Part shown: in pieces, positions 60,691 to 64,000 of the stretch
Layout of the letters: each line of letters opens with the position of its first letter
Position numbering within the stretch: the stretch's first letter is position 1
NCBI RefSeq assembly: GCF_006345805.1
Contig: NC_043010.1
Coordinates: forward strand, 51,832,001 to 51,896,000
Origin: Octopus sinensis
Taxonomy: Eukaryota
DNA: 64,000 bases
Reading direction: 5' to 3'
The notes under the pieces: model-generated
Seen by the model: the letters and a program-made list of their open reading frames with translations, nothing else
Databases searched by the model: none
What the model was told of the DNA's origin: nothing
Made by a program: the position numbers and the translations under genes

Positions 60691-61156
60691 TAAAATATTC
60701 TGTTATATGTTGCTTAAAAAATTTCTTAAAACTGTCACTGTTCTTGGTTGGTTTATAATTCAGAGAAGCTTCTACTTTTTCACAAAAACCTAGCACAGTT
60801 CTTCTTTTGTTTTTTTTTTCTTCAATCTTTTATTCTTTTTAATTTGTTTCAGTCACAGGATTGCAGCCATGAATGGTGCACTGCCCTGAAGGGTTTAAGT
60901 TGATCAAGTCGAGCCTAGTGCTTACTTTTCGATTCTGATACTTATTCTATTGTTCTCCTTCACTGAACTGCTAAGTTATGTGGAGGAAAACAAACCAACA
61001 CCGGTTGTCAAATGGTGGGATGGGAGACAAGCACAAAAGTGCACATGCATACACACACACGGCAGCCTTCTACAATTTCTGTCTAGCAGTAAAAAGAAAA
61101 CATAGATGCAAAAGATATTTTTTAAAAATTAATTATGGAAACAAGTACTCATCACC

Positions 61157-61190
<34 letters not shown>

Positions 61191-62571
61191 TCTTCATAAT
61201 TTAACATTCATTTTCCTTGCTGGCATGGGTTGGATGGTTTGACCAGAGCTGGTAAGGCAAGGGGCTGCACCAGGCTCCATTGTCTATTCTGGCATGGTTT
61301 CTATGGCTTGATGCCCTTCCTAATGCCAACCACTCCACAGAGTGTACTGGGTGCTTTTTATGTGGCACCAGAACCAGTGCTTTTAATTCGACACCCACAC
61401 CAGTGCTTTTTATGTGGCACCAGCACTATTTATGTGGCACTAGCATGAATGCTTTTTATGTGGCACTAGTATCACTGCTTTTTATGCGACACCAGCATCA
61501 GTGTTTTTAATGTGACACCAACATAAATGCTTTTTATGTGAAACCAGCATCAGTGCTTTTTATGTGGAACCAGCATCAGTACTTTTTACATGGCACCAGC
61601 ACCGATATCTGTTCTGCTGTGGCAGACAGGTCTTCTTCTTGAGTACTAGTGAAGCAGATGGTTCTAATGAATATATATTGTTGCAGGTGCAACTATATGG
61701 TTAAGAAGTTTGTTTTAGAAGAAACACACAAGTCTTCCACAATTCCCATCTACTCAATTTTCTCATTAGGATTTCACTCCTTATGCCTTTAGTAGAAAGG
61801 ATTATCATTTTTAAGATGGCAAGCTGGCAGAATTGTTAGCATGTTGGTTGAAATGCTTAGCAGTATTTTGTCTGTCTTTACGTTCTGAGTTCAAATTCCA
61901 CTGAGGTCAACTTTGCCTTTCATCCTTTCGGAGTCAATAAAATAAGTACCAGTTGAACACTGGGGTCAGTGTGATTGACTTATCCCCTTCTCCCAAAATT
62001 GTTGTCCTTGTGGCAAAATTTGAAACCATTATTATTATTATTATTTTTATGGCAAGTAAGGCGGCAAGTTGGCAGAATCATTAGTACGCCGGACGAAATG
62101 CTTAGCGGTATTTCATCTGCTGCTACGTTCTGAGTTCAAATTCTGCCAAGGTCGACTTTGCCTTTCATCCGTTCGGGGTCGGTTAACTAAGTACCAGTTA
62201 TGCACTGAGGTCGATATAATCGACTTAATCCGTTTGTCTATCCTTGTTCATCCCCTCTGTGCTTAGTCCCTTGTGGATAGTAAAGAAATAGGTATTTCGT
62301 CTGTCTTCATCTTCTAAGTTCAAATGCTGCCAGGGTCGACTTTGCTTTTCATCTTTTCAGGGTCGATAAATTAAGTGCCAGTTACACACTGGGGTCGATG
62401 TAATAGACTTATCTCCTACCCCCCCCCCAAAAAAAAAACTTCAGGCTTTGTGCCTATAATAGAAAGGATTATTATGATGGCAAGCTGGCAGAATTATTAG
62501 CACACCACACAAAATGCTTGGCAGCATTTCTTCTGGTTTTACATTACTGTTATCTTCTGTCATTCATCTAG

Positions 62572-62737
62572 GCAGTAAGTTTCTGTATACAACACATGGC
62601 TGGACATTGGTGAGTGCTGTCTTGGAGAAATCTTCAAATATATCTTTAACGAAGATGATGCCCTCAGTGTTCAGAGACCTCGGACTTCACAACACCTACC
62701 TGGACAGGAATAAACCCATCATATATAACAGATCCAG
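62572..62737 (+). CDS. LACTB: LACTB exon 6 (gene continues beyond the window)
   Basis: ctag|GSKFLYTTHGWTLVSAVLE...NKPIIYNRS(R)|gtgagg. Confidence 0.94.
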
Positions 62738-63938
62738 GTGAGGAGAAACTCTTCCTTATTACTTATTATTATGGAATTTTTATCACTTCTTTTTAAAATC
62801 TTTTTTTACTTGTTTTCAGTCATTGGACTGTGGCCATGCTGGGTCACTGCCTTGAAGGGTTTTACTCAAACAAATTGATCCCAGGAGTTATTTTATTTTT
62901 TCTTTAGCTTAATATTTATTCTAGTGGTCTCTTTTGCCAAACTTGGAGATTACGGGGATGTAAACAAACAAACACTGGTTGTCAAGCATTGATGGGGAGC
63001 AAATGAAACACAAACACAATGACATACACACACTTAGATATCAATGTATTGGGGTTTTTTTCAGTTTCCTTCAACCAAATCTACTCACAGGGCTTTGGTT
63101 AGCCTGGGGCTATAATAGAAGACACTTTCCCAGGATCCTGCCATGCAGTGGGACTGAACCCCAAACCACACGGTCACTGATCTTGTTAGGAGAAAAACAA
63201 TTAGTTTTAAATCTCTGAGCGAGAAATAAGTAGTAACAATACTACAGAGTAAAGTCTATTTTCCAATATAAAGTGACAGTCCTGATTGTGATGGTGTTAC
63301 TACCTTCTTTAGCCCCAGGAAAGCATCTTTTTCAGCTGGCTATCAATGTGCAACTGTGTCCTGATACTTTGAACAAGGAATACCTGTGGACCAATGGTAT
63401 CTTCATTGGCACAAGATCACTTTTGGCTAGAGATGGCAGAACTAGGTCGTGTTCAAGAGAAATTTAAAACTAATCATTTTTCTCCTTACAAGATCAGTGA
63501 CTGTGTGTCACTTTAGAAGTATATACCTCAAGTGAAGCCTAGTGGTGCCATCTCTAACCAAGGTTATCCTGTGCCAATGAAGAGAAATGATCCAGAAACC
63601 ATTGGTCCGCAGGTATTATTTAAGGCTGAGTGGGGACATTAGCTCCCTTGCTCGAGGTGTCACACAAATGGCACCCATGCCAGTGGAATGTAAAAGCACC
63701 CATTTCACTCTTGGAGTGGTTGACATTAGCAAGAGCATCCAGCCATAGAAACGATGCCAAATCAGACTGGAGTCTGGTGCAGCCTTCCAGCTTGCCAGCC
63801 TAGGTCAAACCGTCCAACCCATGCCAGCATGGACAATGGATGCTAAATGATGATGATGAATTGTAATAAATATGTGTAAATGTAATAAAAGGAAAAAAAT
63901 TTAAAGTGCATATAGATTTTTGGCCTACCCTGTATATA

Positions 63939-64000
63939 CAGGGGTTGGGCAAAATAATGGAAACACCTTAAAATTTCAAACAAATTTATTTTAGTATGGG
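63939..64000 (+). mobile_element. Start of a Tc1-like element (TIR); runs off the window
   Basis: TA|CAGGGGTTGGGCAAAATAATGGAAACACC; a second TIR-like end (ttttggcctaccctg-TA) abuts it on the left. Confidence 0.55.

Overview
AT-rich, microsatellite-dense animal genomic DNA. The SINE/MITE repertoire and the large introns suggest an octopus-type cephalopod (inference). Host genes: an intronless ITIH-like VIT+vWA gene (14396-16429, -), a tRNA-Val(CAC) gene (34876-34948, +), and the first six coding exons of LACTB (40483-62737, +; the gene continues past the window). The main mobile element is an apparently intact, full-length Tx1/L1-clade retrotransposon (23375-28669) with two open ORFs and a perfect 16-bp TSD. 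The rest is decayed CR1/L2-like, RTE, Tc1, piggyBac-like, Helitron-like and SINE sequence. The most unusual signal is a set of sequence-diverse inserts, each sitting in a (TA)n/(CA)n microsatellite, that carry minimal hammerhead-ribozyme-like motifs of the Penelope pseudo-LTR type (about 1.5, 9.7, 30.6, 37.1, 50.7 and 57.3 kb). Three of them are built as fold-back inversions, and one is still attached to a Penelope GIY-YIG endonuclease ORF plus an array of ACGTCA/CCAAT modules. All alignments and folds were done by eye, and repeat boundaries are approximate unless stated.
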